DNA from: Octopus sinensis
Taxonomy: Eukaryota
Direction: 5' to 3'
Assembly (NCBI RefSeq): GCF_006345805.1
Contig: NC_043007.1
Span: 72,602,001 to 72,666,000, forward strand
Length of the DNA: 64,000 nt
Part shown: one piece after another, positions 51,431 to 63,764 of the stretch
Numbering within the stretch: the first letter of the stretch is position 1
Layout of the letters: every line of letters begins with the position of its first letter
Notes under the pieces: model-generated
What the model was told of the DNA's origin: nothing
What the model saw: the letters and a program-made list of their open reading frames with translations, nothing else
The model's database searches: none
Position numbers and translations under genes: made by a program

Positions 51431-52258
51431 ATGTCAATGAAACTGAGTTCTAGAAGTGCTGTGTCCTACCCACACTTAACAAGAAAATTTCTGAAACACT
51501 CTGCCACAACAAACCAAACTAAATCTCTTCTTTTCTTCACATTTCCACTTCATGCACTAGGCCTACATCCCACTCCCATACCAACGCAAATGTCTCTCCT
51601 GCACGCTGCATCTTATGTCCAACATTTCTCTCAGGGCGCTCACACTCTGTCGTGCATGGACACTGACATTATACATCAAGTGGATCATGCTAGCTTCATT
51701 TCTTTCGAGCCTACGCATGTCCTCCGCAGTCACAGCCCATGTTTCACTACCATGAAGTATGGCAGTTCGTACACATGTGTCATACAATCTACCTTTCACT
51801 CTGAGTGAGAGACCTTTTGTCGCTTAGGTAGCGGAAACTATCAACTAATTCTATTTTCTCCCCCAGGAGTGTAATGGAATCTGTTTTATGAGCATCTGTG
51901 GTGTTTATTGCCACTGTGCATCTGCTTCACACAAAAGCTATCTTCTTGGTTAATCTTCCTTTGATGTTGCTGCACCTCTTATGTTTCCATAGCTTACACT
52001 GGGTACATCTAATGGAGTTTCTACCTACACCTTTTCTACAGATTAAGCAGGGCCACCTACCTGAAGTGGGGTGTGATGAGTTTGCCTTCCTACTTACTAG
52101 AACTTTGGTCTTTGCTACATTGACTCTAAGGCCTTTTGATTCTAAACCTTGCTTCCACATCCGAAATTTCTTTTCTAGTTATGGTAGTGATTCTGCTATG
52201 AGGGCTAGGTCATCAGCATATAGGAGCTCCCAGGGGCAACCCGTCTTGAATTCCTCAG
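51431..52258 (-). mobile_element. 5'-truncated RTE LINE, inverted relative to the 50527 copy
   Basis: GCPWELLYADDLAL, WKQGLESKGLRVNVAKTK, RLYDTCVRTAILHGSETW. Confidence 0.9.
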
Positions 52259-52293
52259 AATGCAAAAAAATAATTAAATATCTGTGTCAAATA

Positions 52294-52705
52294 GGCGCAG
52301 GAGTGGCTGTGTGGTAAGTAGCTTGCTAACCAACCACATGGTTCCGGGTTCAGTCCTACTGCGTGGCATCTTGGGCAAGTGTCTTCTGCTATAGCCCTGG
52401 GCCGACCAATGCCTTGTGAGTGGATTTGGTAGACGGAAACTGAAAGAAGCCTGTCGTATATATGTATATATATATATATGCATGTGTGTTTGTTTGTGTG
52501 TCTGTGTTTGTCCCCCTAGCATTGCTTGACAACCGATGCTTGTGTGTTTACGTCCCCGTTACTTAGCGGTTCGGCAAAATGAGACCAATAGAATAAGTAC
52601 TGGGCTTACAAAGAATAAGTCCCGGGGTTGATTTGCTCGACTAAAGGTGGTGCTCCAGCATGGCCTCAGTCAAATGACTGAAACAAGTAAAAGAGTAAAG
52701 AGTAA
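52294..52705 (+). mobile_element. SINE family A copy (young)
   Basis: Near-identical to the other young copies. Confidence 0.9.
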
Positions 52706-53204
52706 ATGAAAGAGGTTTAGGCACAATATGAAATCAACCAAACTTGACTAAATAAAGAAAAACATACTCAGCATAAAAAATTATCCACAGTTTCATTGCG
52801 ATCTGCTGGAGAGTCTCTTTTCATGATATATTAAAAAGAAGATGCAATTGAAATTTGTCATTACTCATTTTACCCCAATTTAGACATCACTTTTTGAAAT
52901 TTGAAAAATATCAAATTAGAGGCAAAAATTGACTTGGAATCCAACAGAGAAAAGGATATTAATTGTTAAACACTAAAAATTATTCAAATATTTTATTAGC
53001 AATTTCAATGATATCGGGTCAAAATTGAGGAAAAATTTCTTGAAGAGATACCAGTTTTGACTCCTAAAGATGCTGCTGGAATACTTGCAATGTAACGATT
53101 TCAAACAGGTGGTAAGAAAATAATGAGAAATCAGAAATTACTCATTTTACCCCGGTTACTAACCCCTCCCCCCTACGGCGTAAATTTTAATTAAAAAATC
53201 TTAC

Positions 53205-53525
53205 GTGGGCTCCTGAGGGCCACAACGACCCCGATTGAAACCACCAAGCCAACAAACGTACATTCTTGTATACTTATGGTTCACTTGATAAAGAGAATAA
53301 AATTCCAATAAAAGGGTACGGCCTTTTCTTTCACCTTCTTTTCTAATTCACTTTTTTTCATACAAAGCGCATCTATTACGACGTGCTTCTCATTCCTATC
53401 CTATATCCGGTTATATTTTACCGAGCTGATATAGAAAATCAGTTGTATATCTGGAGTGTCAACTAATTGCCTTGAGTAGCGACAATTTAAACCACATATC
53501 CCAGGACATGTTTTAAAATTCACAT
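53205..53525 (-). other. Exon-like segment of an unidentified minus-strand transcript; possible start MYVCWLGGFNRGRCGPQEP
   Basis: GTAAGA donor at 53204, candidate acceptor ttttcgtggcag at 53526, CpG-richer unique sequence, several upstream ATG ORFs; no recognised homolog. Confidence 0.45.
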
Positions 53526-53735
53526 CTGCCACGAAAATAGATTATATAATCGTTTATATTTACCGTGAAAATTGAATGTTTTCACTAAACTTCAATTCGA
53601 AAAAAATATATATATGTATATATATAAAAGAGAAAGAGGCCAATACTATAATTATACTGTTGATAGCCCTACCTTGATTTTCCGTCGTAACCTTAACTTG
53701 AGGACTTAGTCTCGACTGAACCTGAAGTAGAAATT

Positions 53736-53834
53736 ATGATTTTTGTCCTCATATTTTTGCTTACTACTTTGAATTGTGGTGAAACTATCAATACAAGCTG
53801 TAAAAAATATGATGGTGTAACGGCTGATAATTTT
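53736..53834 (+). CDS. Candidate first coding exon with signal peptide (MIFVLIFLLTTLNCGETINTSCKKYDGVTADNF)
   Basis: A at -3 of the ATG, hydrophobic h-region with a small-residue cleavage site, phase-0 GTAAGT donor at 53835; no downstream exon identified. Confidence 0.35.
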
Positions 53835-55608
53835 GTAAGTACTACAGAAATACAAGCTACCAATTATTTTAAAGTTTTTTTTCTCGCCATGCCAGTTTTC
53901 CGTATGGTATCTTATTTACACTATTTTTCTTATCATTATTCTTGTTTAGAAGATTTTATTTTAACTTTCAAACCACACGTAATATATTGTCATTGGTGTT
54001 AATTTGATGCATAAAAGTTTTGCTCTAAACTTATTAATCTTCAAACAACAGCACTTACTATGAATTTAGGATGTGAACTTTGTTACCTGTGATCTGTCTT
54101 ATTCTAAACAATAATTGTGAGGTGTATTCTTCCGTTCTGTAAATTACAGACGTGTTCTAAGTTTGTCTTCTATAGATGTAATTATTAATCAATTTATAAT
54201 TTTATACATTATGTAATCAACTAAACTGTTGAGCTTGCGAAGCCCTGTCAACCTTCGCTCATCTGTATTGGTAACAGCTGGAAAATCTGAAAATGTTGAG
54301 CTAAAACAGAAGTGATTTTATCATTTGGTTTTTACAAGATTTGCTTTAATGAAAAAGTAATTAACATAATTAGTTCCCTTTTTTTTCTCAAAATGCTTTT
54401 GACGAAAACAAACACTCAAACAAAGCTGGAACACGATTTGGTATATCGATTTCTGACAGATCGAATCTGAGATTCGATCCGTCCCTTAATTTGGGTCCCT
54501 CAATTCTGAATTTTGTTTCATTACAACTATCTTAATAATACAGTTTTCGATGGAAAATTTTTAGTAAGAGAGGTTTTCAAAGATAATATAGATTACAATT
54601 ATATTGCTGAAATGCTTAGCCATTCAGTCGCTCATTCATAATCACGTTACATACATAGCAACTTTTCTGATATTTTCGATCCATATTGTTCGTTAATGCC
54701 AGTTTATTAACGACTTTAATCACTAAATACTTTTGATTTTATTTTGTAGTAAGTTAATTTAGAAATTTTATTTCATCATCACTACCAATTTCATATTGAT
54801 AATGAATAATTCGACGATCTTATTTAATTGAATAATGTAAATAATCGATTTGTCTTTTTTTTTTAAGCTTGTTCAATGATTATGAGCAAGTTCTTGAATG
54901 GGCTATTTTCTGAATAGAATAAACAAACATTTTTAAAGATTTCATCAGCATAATTGTCATTTACACCTTTGGAAACATATTTTTGTAATATTTCAACAAG
55001 AAATGAGTGGTTTTTAAAAAATTTCCTAAGACACAAAGTCCAGGTGGGAGTTCACCTGTAAGGAGGGCTAAAGCAGTTTCACACCTCTCCTTGAAAAATG
55101 CATGTTTTTGAAAACATTTTTTCGGATTCCTACGTTTTAGATGTCGGAGATTACGAATATGCAACAAATTTTTTAAAAATTTCACCCCCTCCCGAATTAA
55201 AAAATTTCAGTTTGTTTACTTTATAGAGATCGTAGCGAATTGACGAACATAGGCAAATCGAAATTAAATACAGACAAAACATTAAAGTGAAAAGAATTTG
55301 CGTTTTAATTGTGTCTGCCTTAAATAATCGTAAATAATAATATAATGTGAATTAAATATACACCACATCCCCATGTGAGCCATTTTATGAGAAACAAACA
55401 ATATTTAATAATGTTATAAAGTTTAATAAGGGGCTCAAATTTCATCCCTCCCCCAATTTTAAATTTTGAACTTTTTCATCCATTTATTTATTTGTCTGTC
55501 TATCTATTTATCCTTGTCCGTTTATTCATATAATATATTTGTCAACTAAATGTGACGGTCCTATAGAAGACGGTATTACTGTTGTTTTTAGCCTCAGGAA
55601 GACATTCA

Positions 55609-55669
<61 letters not shown>

Positions 55670-55687
55670 CTCTTTCTCTCTCTCTTT

Positions 55688-55912
55688 GCTACCCACAAGG
55701 GGCTAAACACAGAGGAGACAAATAAGGACAGACAGACGGATTAAGTCGATTATATCGACCCCAGTGCGTAACTGGTACTTAATTTATCGACCCCGAAAGG
55801 ATGAAAGGCAAAGTCGACCTCGGCGGAATTTGAACTCAGAACGTAATGGCAGACGAAATACGGCTACGCATTTCGCCCTGCTTGCTAACGTTTCTGCCAG
55901 CTCGCCACCTTC
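55688..55912 (-). mobile_element. tRNA-derived SINE family B (possibly Nin-type core); degraded copies at about 1020-1200 (-), 11095-11220 (+) and 19370-19550 (-)
   Basis: Minus strand reads ggcgagctggcagaaacgttag (A box) ... gagttcaaattcc (B box) ... gtcgactttgcctttcatcctttcggggtcgataaattaagtacc; core assignment is from memory. Confidence 0.75.
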
Positions 55913-56028
55913 CTTCCTTCCATCCATCCATCCATCCATCCATCCATGCATACATTACATACATACATAACATACATACATACATAACATACATACATAC
56001 ATAACATACATACATACATATATAACAT

Positions 56029-56412
56029 GGATCTTTTCGCTTTGAACGGCAGTTTTTTCTAACGGTGTCATATGAAATTGTTACCAATAATTATGACCCT
56101 AGTATCGATCTGTTTTAGGGTTGGGGTGGGGGAAGGGTATCTTTTTTTTTTTCTTCAGAAATATAAATAAACCCAATCTGTTTCTTAAACGAGGGACATA
56201 TTCATACGGCACAGAATGTTTTCACCTCAATAGACGTCATTGAAATTGCAGAAATTGAAGAGAAAAACAACAACAAATATCTTACAAACTATAGAATTCT
56301 CTCAAGAGAAAAAGATGTTTTATAAACACATTCTACCAGTATACGAAGTTTTAAAGTGTTTAGTTACGTGGAAATTATTTTAAAAAACTGCCGTTCAAAC
56401 CGAAAAGATCCC
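56029..56412. mobile_element. MITE with ~30-bp TIRs inside CATA/TATG microsatellites
   Basis: ggatcttttcgctttgaacggcagtttttt versus the reverse complement of aaaaaactgccgttcaaaccgaaaagatcc (1 mismatch). Confidence 0.85.
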
Positions 56413-57407
56413 ATAACATACATACATGCATGCATGCATGTATGTATGTATGTATGTATGTATGTATGTATGTATGTATGTATGTATGTATGTATGTATG
56501 TATGCATGCATGCATGCATGCATGCATGCATGCATGCATGCATGCATGCATGCTGCATGCATGCATGCTTATTAAATTTGAAAGTTTCAAAACGTGGTTT
56601 CTTTCATTTCCGGAATCTCCGTCATCTAAAACATAGGGGGAAAAAATGTCGAAAAAGTTCAAAACCTTAAACGGGAGTGGTGGTGAGTTGGGGGGGGGGT
56701 GCACATTCGTAATCTCCGACATCTAAAACTTAGGAATTCACCCCCCCCCCAATGCATTTTTCAAGGAGACCTGCGAAACTGCATTAGCCCTCCCACCTGT
56801 AGTTTGAGTGGCGGGGGTAAAGAATGTGTACACCACCCGTTTTCGGTATTTCTTTCTTTCTTTCTTGCTTTTTTTTTTGGGGGGGGATTTCTATGTTTTC
56901 GATATAGATCACGTTTTCAAAATTTTTATTGGTAAATATGAAGAATCTTTCTCAACGACAAATTAAAAAAAAAAACCCACAGGAACAAACAAACAAGCAC
57001 ACACACACACGCACAAGAACAAGCACGCACTTCGATACGTCAATAGAACAAGCACGCCGCTGACAGTTGACGACACGTACTCACTGAAATTACCGAGTAG
57101 TATGTTTATAATATAAATTCGGCAAAATAGGGCAAACTAATCGTTTCAGAGATATTCGCATTTTAGGACAGTACTGAGTACAATTTGCTGTTTGCAAATA
57201 CAACCGGGGAAGATGAGTAAAAACGGTATGGTTGTTCGGCGGAATTGAAAGAGTTTTGAAAACAACATTCATGGTGCCTTCATCTTCCGATTGTGATGAG
57301 GGAGAATCAAGGGATGTCGTAACTCTTATTCCTCTTCTTATTCGTCATTTTCAACCGGGGCCAGTGATTTTGGTTAAATTACGATATGAGTATATGCATG
57401 CATGTAT

Positions 57408-57449
<42 letters not shown>

Positions 57450-57450
<1 letters not shown>

Positions 57451-57959
57451 TAGCAGTATCGCCCGGCGTTGCTCGGGTTTGTAAGGGAAATAACTATATA
57501 AGCATTTTTAGAGAGTTACTTCCCTTATAGATGCCAATTCGGGCTTTCTTAGCCATTTCTGTTTTGGTGTCTTCAAGCCATGAAGTCGTTGTTCTAAAAG
57601 AACGCTGGTCTCCTTGACAACGCATTACGACGTTGATTTCTTTACACTCCCTTCCCCACAGCTTCACGAGGGAGGGAAGGGGGAGAAACAAACAGGTGCA
57701 GGTGTGACCATGGACGCCAACTCCGCCGCCATTGATACACGAAAGATTATGCATTAAAATGGAATAAAAAATGATGTTAAATTATTTTTAAAATCGTAGA
57801 CTCATCGTTGACGCGCGCTAATAGACAGACGGGCTCGATATGAATCACGACTATAAGATACCCGAATTTGGTTAAACTGCACCGCAAAATGTGGGAGGAG
57901 TTAGGAATCTAAATCGAAGGGGACAGACACTCACACAACTAGAGTTTTATATATATAGA
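57450..57959 (-). mobile_element. Non-autonomous Helitron in TA microsatellite
   Basis: Minus strand begins a|TCtatatatataaaac and ends with hairpin cccgagcaacgccggg + 8 nt + CTAG|t. Confidence 0.8.
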
Positions 57960-58305
57960 TATATATATGCATATATATGTATACATATGTATATATATGT
58001 ATACATATGCATATATATATGTATACATATGCATATATATATGTATACATATGCATATATATATATGTATACATATGCATATATATATATGTATACATAT
58101 GCATATATATATGTATACATCGAACTCTCTCATGCACCAAATAGCAGTTGCTAGAAAGCCTCCATGAAGTGAAACCAAGTAGCAACACCAAATGGCGGTG
58201 CCCCAGCATGGCCACAGCTCATAAGCTGAAACTAGAATCAATCAATCAATCAATCATATGCATATATGCATATATACATATGCACATATATGCATATACA
58301 TATGC

Positions 58306-58348
<43 letters not shown>

Positions 58349-58835
58349 ATATATACATATATGTATAGTTAATCCAAACATGAACAAAGAGAAAACACAA
58401 CACGAGGATGTGGATCAAGTATACTGAAATTGGACGCTCAGGAAAGGAAGAAGGAGGATTTAACGTATTGAGTGGTGCTTTTCGTCAGAAACATAGAATA
58501 AGCAAAGGTCCAAGGAAGGGAAAATGGAGAAAATGGTGGCGACAGAAAGAGAAAAGTGGAAGTAGAAGAAAAGTAAAAAGACGAGAAAAAGTGGAAGAGT
58601 CACGATATATACATATATATGTGTATAAATATATATGTATATAAATATATATGTATATAAATATATGTATATACATATATATGTATATGTATATGTATGT
58701 ATATGTATATGTATGTATATGTACATGTATGTATATATATACACATGTATATATATGTACATATATATGTATATATATATATGTATAGTGGTTTTATCTC
58801 TAATTTAATATAATATATATATATATATATACCCA

Positions 58836-60270
58836 GTGTAAGCTATGGACACATAAGAGGTGCAGCAATGTCAAAGGTAGGCTAACTGGGAAGATAGTTT
58901 TTGTATGTGGCAGATGCTCAGGAGCATTAACCTCTGAAAATCTGCAGAAAATAACTTCAGTCACTTTCCAAGGGGAAAAACTAGAAGTAGTTGATAGCTT
59001 CCGTTATCTAGGTGACCAAGTCAGTAGTGGGGGTGGGTGCGCTGAAAGTGTAACTGCTAGAATAAGAATAGCCTGGGCAAAGTTTAGGGAGCTCTTACCT
59101 CTGCTGGTGACTAAAGGCCTCTCGCTCAGAGTAAAAGGCAGACTGTATGATGCGTGTGTACGAACAGCCATGCTACATGGCAGTGAAACATGGGCCGTGA
59201 CTGCCGAGGATATGCGTAAGCTCGTGAGGAATGAAGCCAGTATGCTCCGATGGATGTGTAATGTCAGTGTACATACTCGACAGAGCGTTAGCACCTTGAG
59301 AGAAATGTTGTACCTAAGAGGCATCAGTTGTGGTGTGCAAGAGAGACGATTGCGCTGGTATGGTCATGTGGCGAGAATGGATGAAGATAGGTGTGTGAGA
59401 AAGTGCCAATCCTTAGCAGTTGAGGGAACCCGTGGAAGAGGTAGACCCAGGAAAACCTGGGACGAGGTGGTGAAGCACGACCTTCGAACTTTAGGCCTCA
59501 CTGAGGAAATGACCAGCGACCGAGACCTTTGGAAATATTCTGTACGTGAGAAGACCAGGCAGGACAAGTGAGCCCAGCCCACTTATGAATGCCTTTCCTC
59601 CCTTGGACACAAAGACCTGTTGAGGCAAGCGAAGTCGATATAGAACCTCATCCGACGACAGGCACCCATGCCAACCCCCCTTTGCTTGCGAAGACATGTT
59701 GGGGCAAGCGAAATCGAAATCGAAGTCAAAATCGAATTGAACCAGCCAGGATCCCTGGTCTGGTGGTACGTAAAAAGCACTATCCGACTCGTGGCCGATG
59801 CCAGCGCCGCCTCCACTGGCTTCTGTGCCGGTGGCACGTAAAATACACCAATCTGACCGTACGACAGGCACCCATGCCAACCCCCTTGCTTGCGAAGACA
59901 TGTTGGGGCAAGCGAAATCGAAATCGAATTGAACCAGCCAGGATCCCTGGTCTGGTGGTACATAAAAAGCACCATCCGACTCGTGGCCGATGCCAGCACC
60001 GCCTCGTCTGGCTTCCGTGCCGGTGGCACATAAAATACACCAATCCGACCGTGGCCGTTGCCAGCCTCGCCTGGCACCTGTGCAGGTGGCACGTAAAAAG
60101 CATCCACTACACTCACGGAGTGGTTGGCGTTAGGAAGGGCATCCAGCTGTAGAAACACTGCCAGATAAGACTGGAGCCTGGTGCAGCCTTCTGGCTTCCC
60201 AGATCCCCGGTCGAACCGTCCAACCCATGCTAGCATGGAGAACGGACGTTAAACGACGATGATGATGATA
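58836..60270 (+). mobile_element. Young 5'-truncated RTE LINE with intact ORF end (59107-59571) and full 3'UTR
   Basis: KGRLYDACVRTAMLHGSETW...RRLRWYGHVARM...GRGRPRKTW; ends in (gat)n; 206-bp tandem duplication in the UTR. Confidence 0.95.
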
Positions 60271-60292
60271 TATATATATATATATATATATA

Positions 60293-61690
60293 GCTAACTC
60301 CATCCACCAGAGTATTAAGGTCACAATAGACTACCCCACTAAACACACCAACCATAGACTACCAGTACTAGACACTGAACTCTGGCTAGAAATTGTGAAT
60401 AATAAAACCCAAATCCTTCATTCACCGCATGCAGTTCTCAGGTTACAGCCATAAAGAAAGGATCAGAGTATACAAAGGAGCCATGAAGAAATTTGATAAT
60501 ATATTATGTAATGATAGGAATGGGATTTGCCCACTCTATAGGAACAAGTCATGGAACACTATAGAAAGGACAAAAAAGAAAATAGGGAAGGCCAACTCTT
60601 GGTATGATAGCCATAAATACCAGAGTGTCATGTTCGTTGACACCACCTGGAGGTGAAATGGCGTACCGCTTTAGAAGGACCCTAGACAAATTAAGCTAAG
60701 AATTAAGGTTGTTGAAAAGCCAGGCAACCCATCAAATCTATATTGGTAGAACCTATCCTTTTAGTAGAACATCCTGTACGGATAAGTACTGTACTGTATG
60801 TAGATTTAGCCCACAAACAAACTGTAAAGCCAGAATGTAGTCTATAGTATAAGATGTTTAGAGGGACGATGCAGTAACAAGACAACGACATACGTAGGGG
60901 AAACGGCAAGAAGCATAGGAGAGCGGGTGAACGAACATTGGAGACAACTCAAGGAAGGTAAAAGCTCATCGATTCTGTGCCAACACGCCGAACAAGAACA
61001 CGGGGGATCAATCAATAACATAGAAATTAAAATATTGTCCACACATAGAACAGATGCAACAATTAGACAAATTACAGAAGCTACACACATAATAGAAAAT
61101 AAACCTAGCCTGAATAGAAAACTAGAATAGAGCACTAACACACACCACAACATATGACGATAGAGGCTCCTGAAAACATAATAAATACACAGATAAATAA
61201 TCTAATAGAAATAAATAACTATATATATATATATATATATTTTTTTTTTGATTCAATTTATTATTATTATTACTAGTATTGTTGTTATACATACATACAT
61301 ACAAGCATATGTAATGAACAAAATAAGAAAAAACAAAATACAAATTACATGAACATATATAAACAGAAGATACAAATATTACAGGCATCCCCCTACATAC
61401 ACACACTAAATAAACATAGACGCACATAGAGATATAAGCATGCGCAAATGAAGACATACAACAGAAATACAAAATGGCTGACGGTTAGTGGGGAGAGACA
61501 CAAATAAGAAAGAAGAAAACAAAGGACCACTGATGCAGTCACAGGAGTGTGATGAAAGAACTCTGGCCGAAATAAGATTAAGATTAATGTAAAAAATAAA
61601 TAACACTGAAGCAAAATTACACCAAATATATAGTGCATGTGTTTTTATTGGCTAAACTGGCAAAATGAACATTCCGAAATATAACAATAT
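60293..61690 (+). mobile_element. Penelope-like element 3' part (RT end, thumb, GIY-YIG endonuclease, terminal region)
   Basis: ANSIHQSIKVTIDYP...LPVLD (RT 6-7), MQFSGY...PLYR..W, VVYSIRC...YVGETARSIGERVNEH...QITEA...KPSLN (GIY-YIG). Confidence 0.88.
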
Positions 61691-61954
61691 ATAACAATAC
61701 ATGTATATATATATGCATGTATATGTATATATATATATATATATACATATATATATGTTTATATATATATATATATGTATATATATGTATATATATTACA
61801 TACATACATATATTTATATATATCTGTATATATACATACATATATATATGTGTATATATATACATACATATATATAGATATATATAGATAATACATATAT
61901 ATATATATACATACATATGTATATAGTACAGACTATATATATATATGTTTATAT

Positions 61955-62007
<53 letters not shown>

Positions 62008-62463
62008 CTATATATATGTTTATATATATACATACATATATATAGTATATTTATACATACATATATTATGTATATAATAACATACATAGATAGTATATAT
62101 ATATACATACATACATATAATATATGTATATATATATATACATACATACATATATATATATGTATATATATAATACATACATACAATATATATGAATATA
62201 TATATACATACATACATATATATATACATATATAGTATATATATATAATATACATATATATATGTATATATATATATATATATACATATATATGGATATA
62301 CATACATACATACTATATATATATATATATACATATATATATACATATATATATATAATACAGATATTATATATAGACCTATATATATATATATATATAT
62401 ACATATTATATATACGATAGATATATATATAGATATATATATATAATATACATATATATATAC

Positions 62464-62497
<34 letters not shown>

Positions 62498-62638
62498 TAT
62501 ACATATATATATACAATATATATATATATATATATAATATATATACATATATATATATACATATTATATATACATATATATATATATACATATATTATAT
62601 ATATATATAGATATATATATATATATACATATATATAC

Positions 62639-62687
<49 letters not shown>

Positions 62688-62985
62688 CAGATATATATAT
62701 ACAGATATATATATATATACATATATATATAACATATATATATACATATATATAGATATATATACATATATATATATACCTATATATATATACAGTATAT
62801 ATATATATATATATTATACATATATACTATATACATATATACATAGATATATAATACATTATACATATCGATTATATAACATACAATATATATATATACA
62901 TAATATATATATATATAGATATATATACATATATATATATACATATACATATATATAATATACATATACATATATATACATATAC

Positions 62986-63016
<31 letters not shown>

Positions 63017-63017
63017 C

Positions 63018-63048
<31 letters not shown>

Positions 63049-63593
63049 CGTATATATATATACGTATACATATATATATAATACATATAATAATAAATAT
63101 ATATATATACATATATATATATATACGTATATATATATATATATATAGATATATATATATATAACGTTATATATATATATAGATACTATATATATATACA
63201 TATATATATATATACATAATATATATACGTTATATATATATATATACGTATAGATATATATATAGACTATATCTAGATATATACGGTATAGATATACATA
63301 TATATATATATATACGTATATAGATATATATATATATATATACGTATATATATATATATATATATACGTATATATATAATATATATATATATTATACTAA
63401 TACGTATATAATATATATATAATATATACTATATATATATAGATAATATATATATATATATATACGTACATATATATATATATATATATATATACGTACA
63501 TATATATATATATATATACGTACATATATATATATATATATATATATACGTACATATATATATATATATATATATACGTATATATATATATAC

Positions 63594-63635
<42 letters not shown>

Positions 63636-63637
63636 CG

Positions 63638-63683
<46 letters not shown>

Positions 63684-63718
63684 CTATATATATATATATC
63701 TATATATACGTATATAAC

Positions 63719-63764
<46 letters not shown>

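Noticed and set aside
59491-60236. Overlapping 107-217 aa ORFs on both strands
   Set aside because: Open frames in the GC-rich duplicated RTE 3'UTR with no domain features
61617-63201. Long Y/I/C/M-rich ORFs up to 228 aa (also 57891-58762 and 56356-56722)
   Set aside because: Translations of TA, CATA and TATG microsatellites
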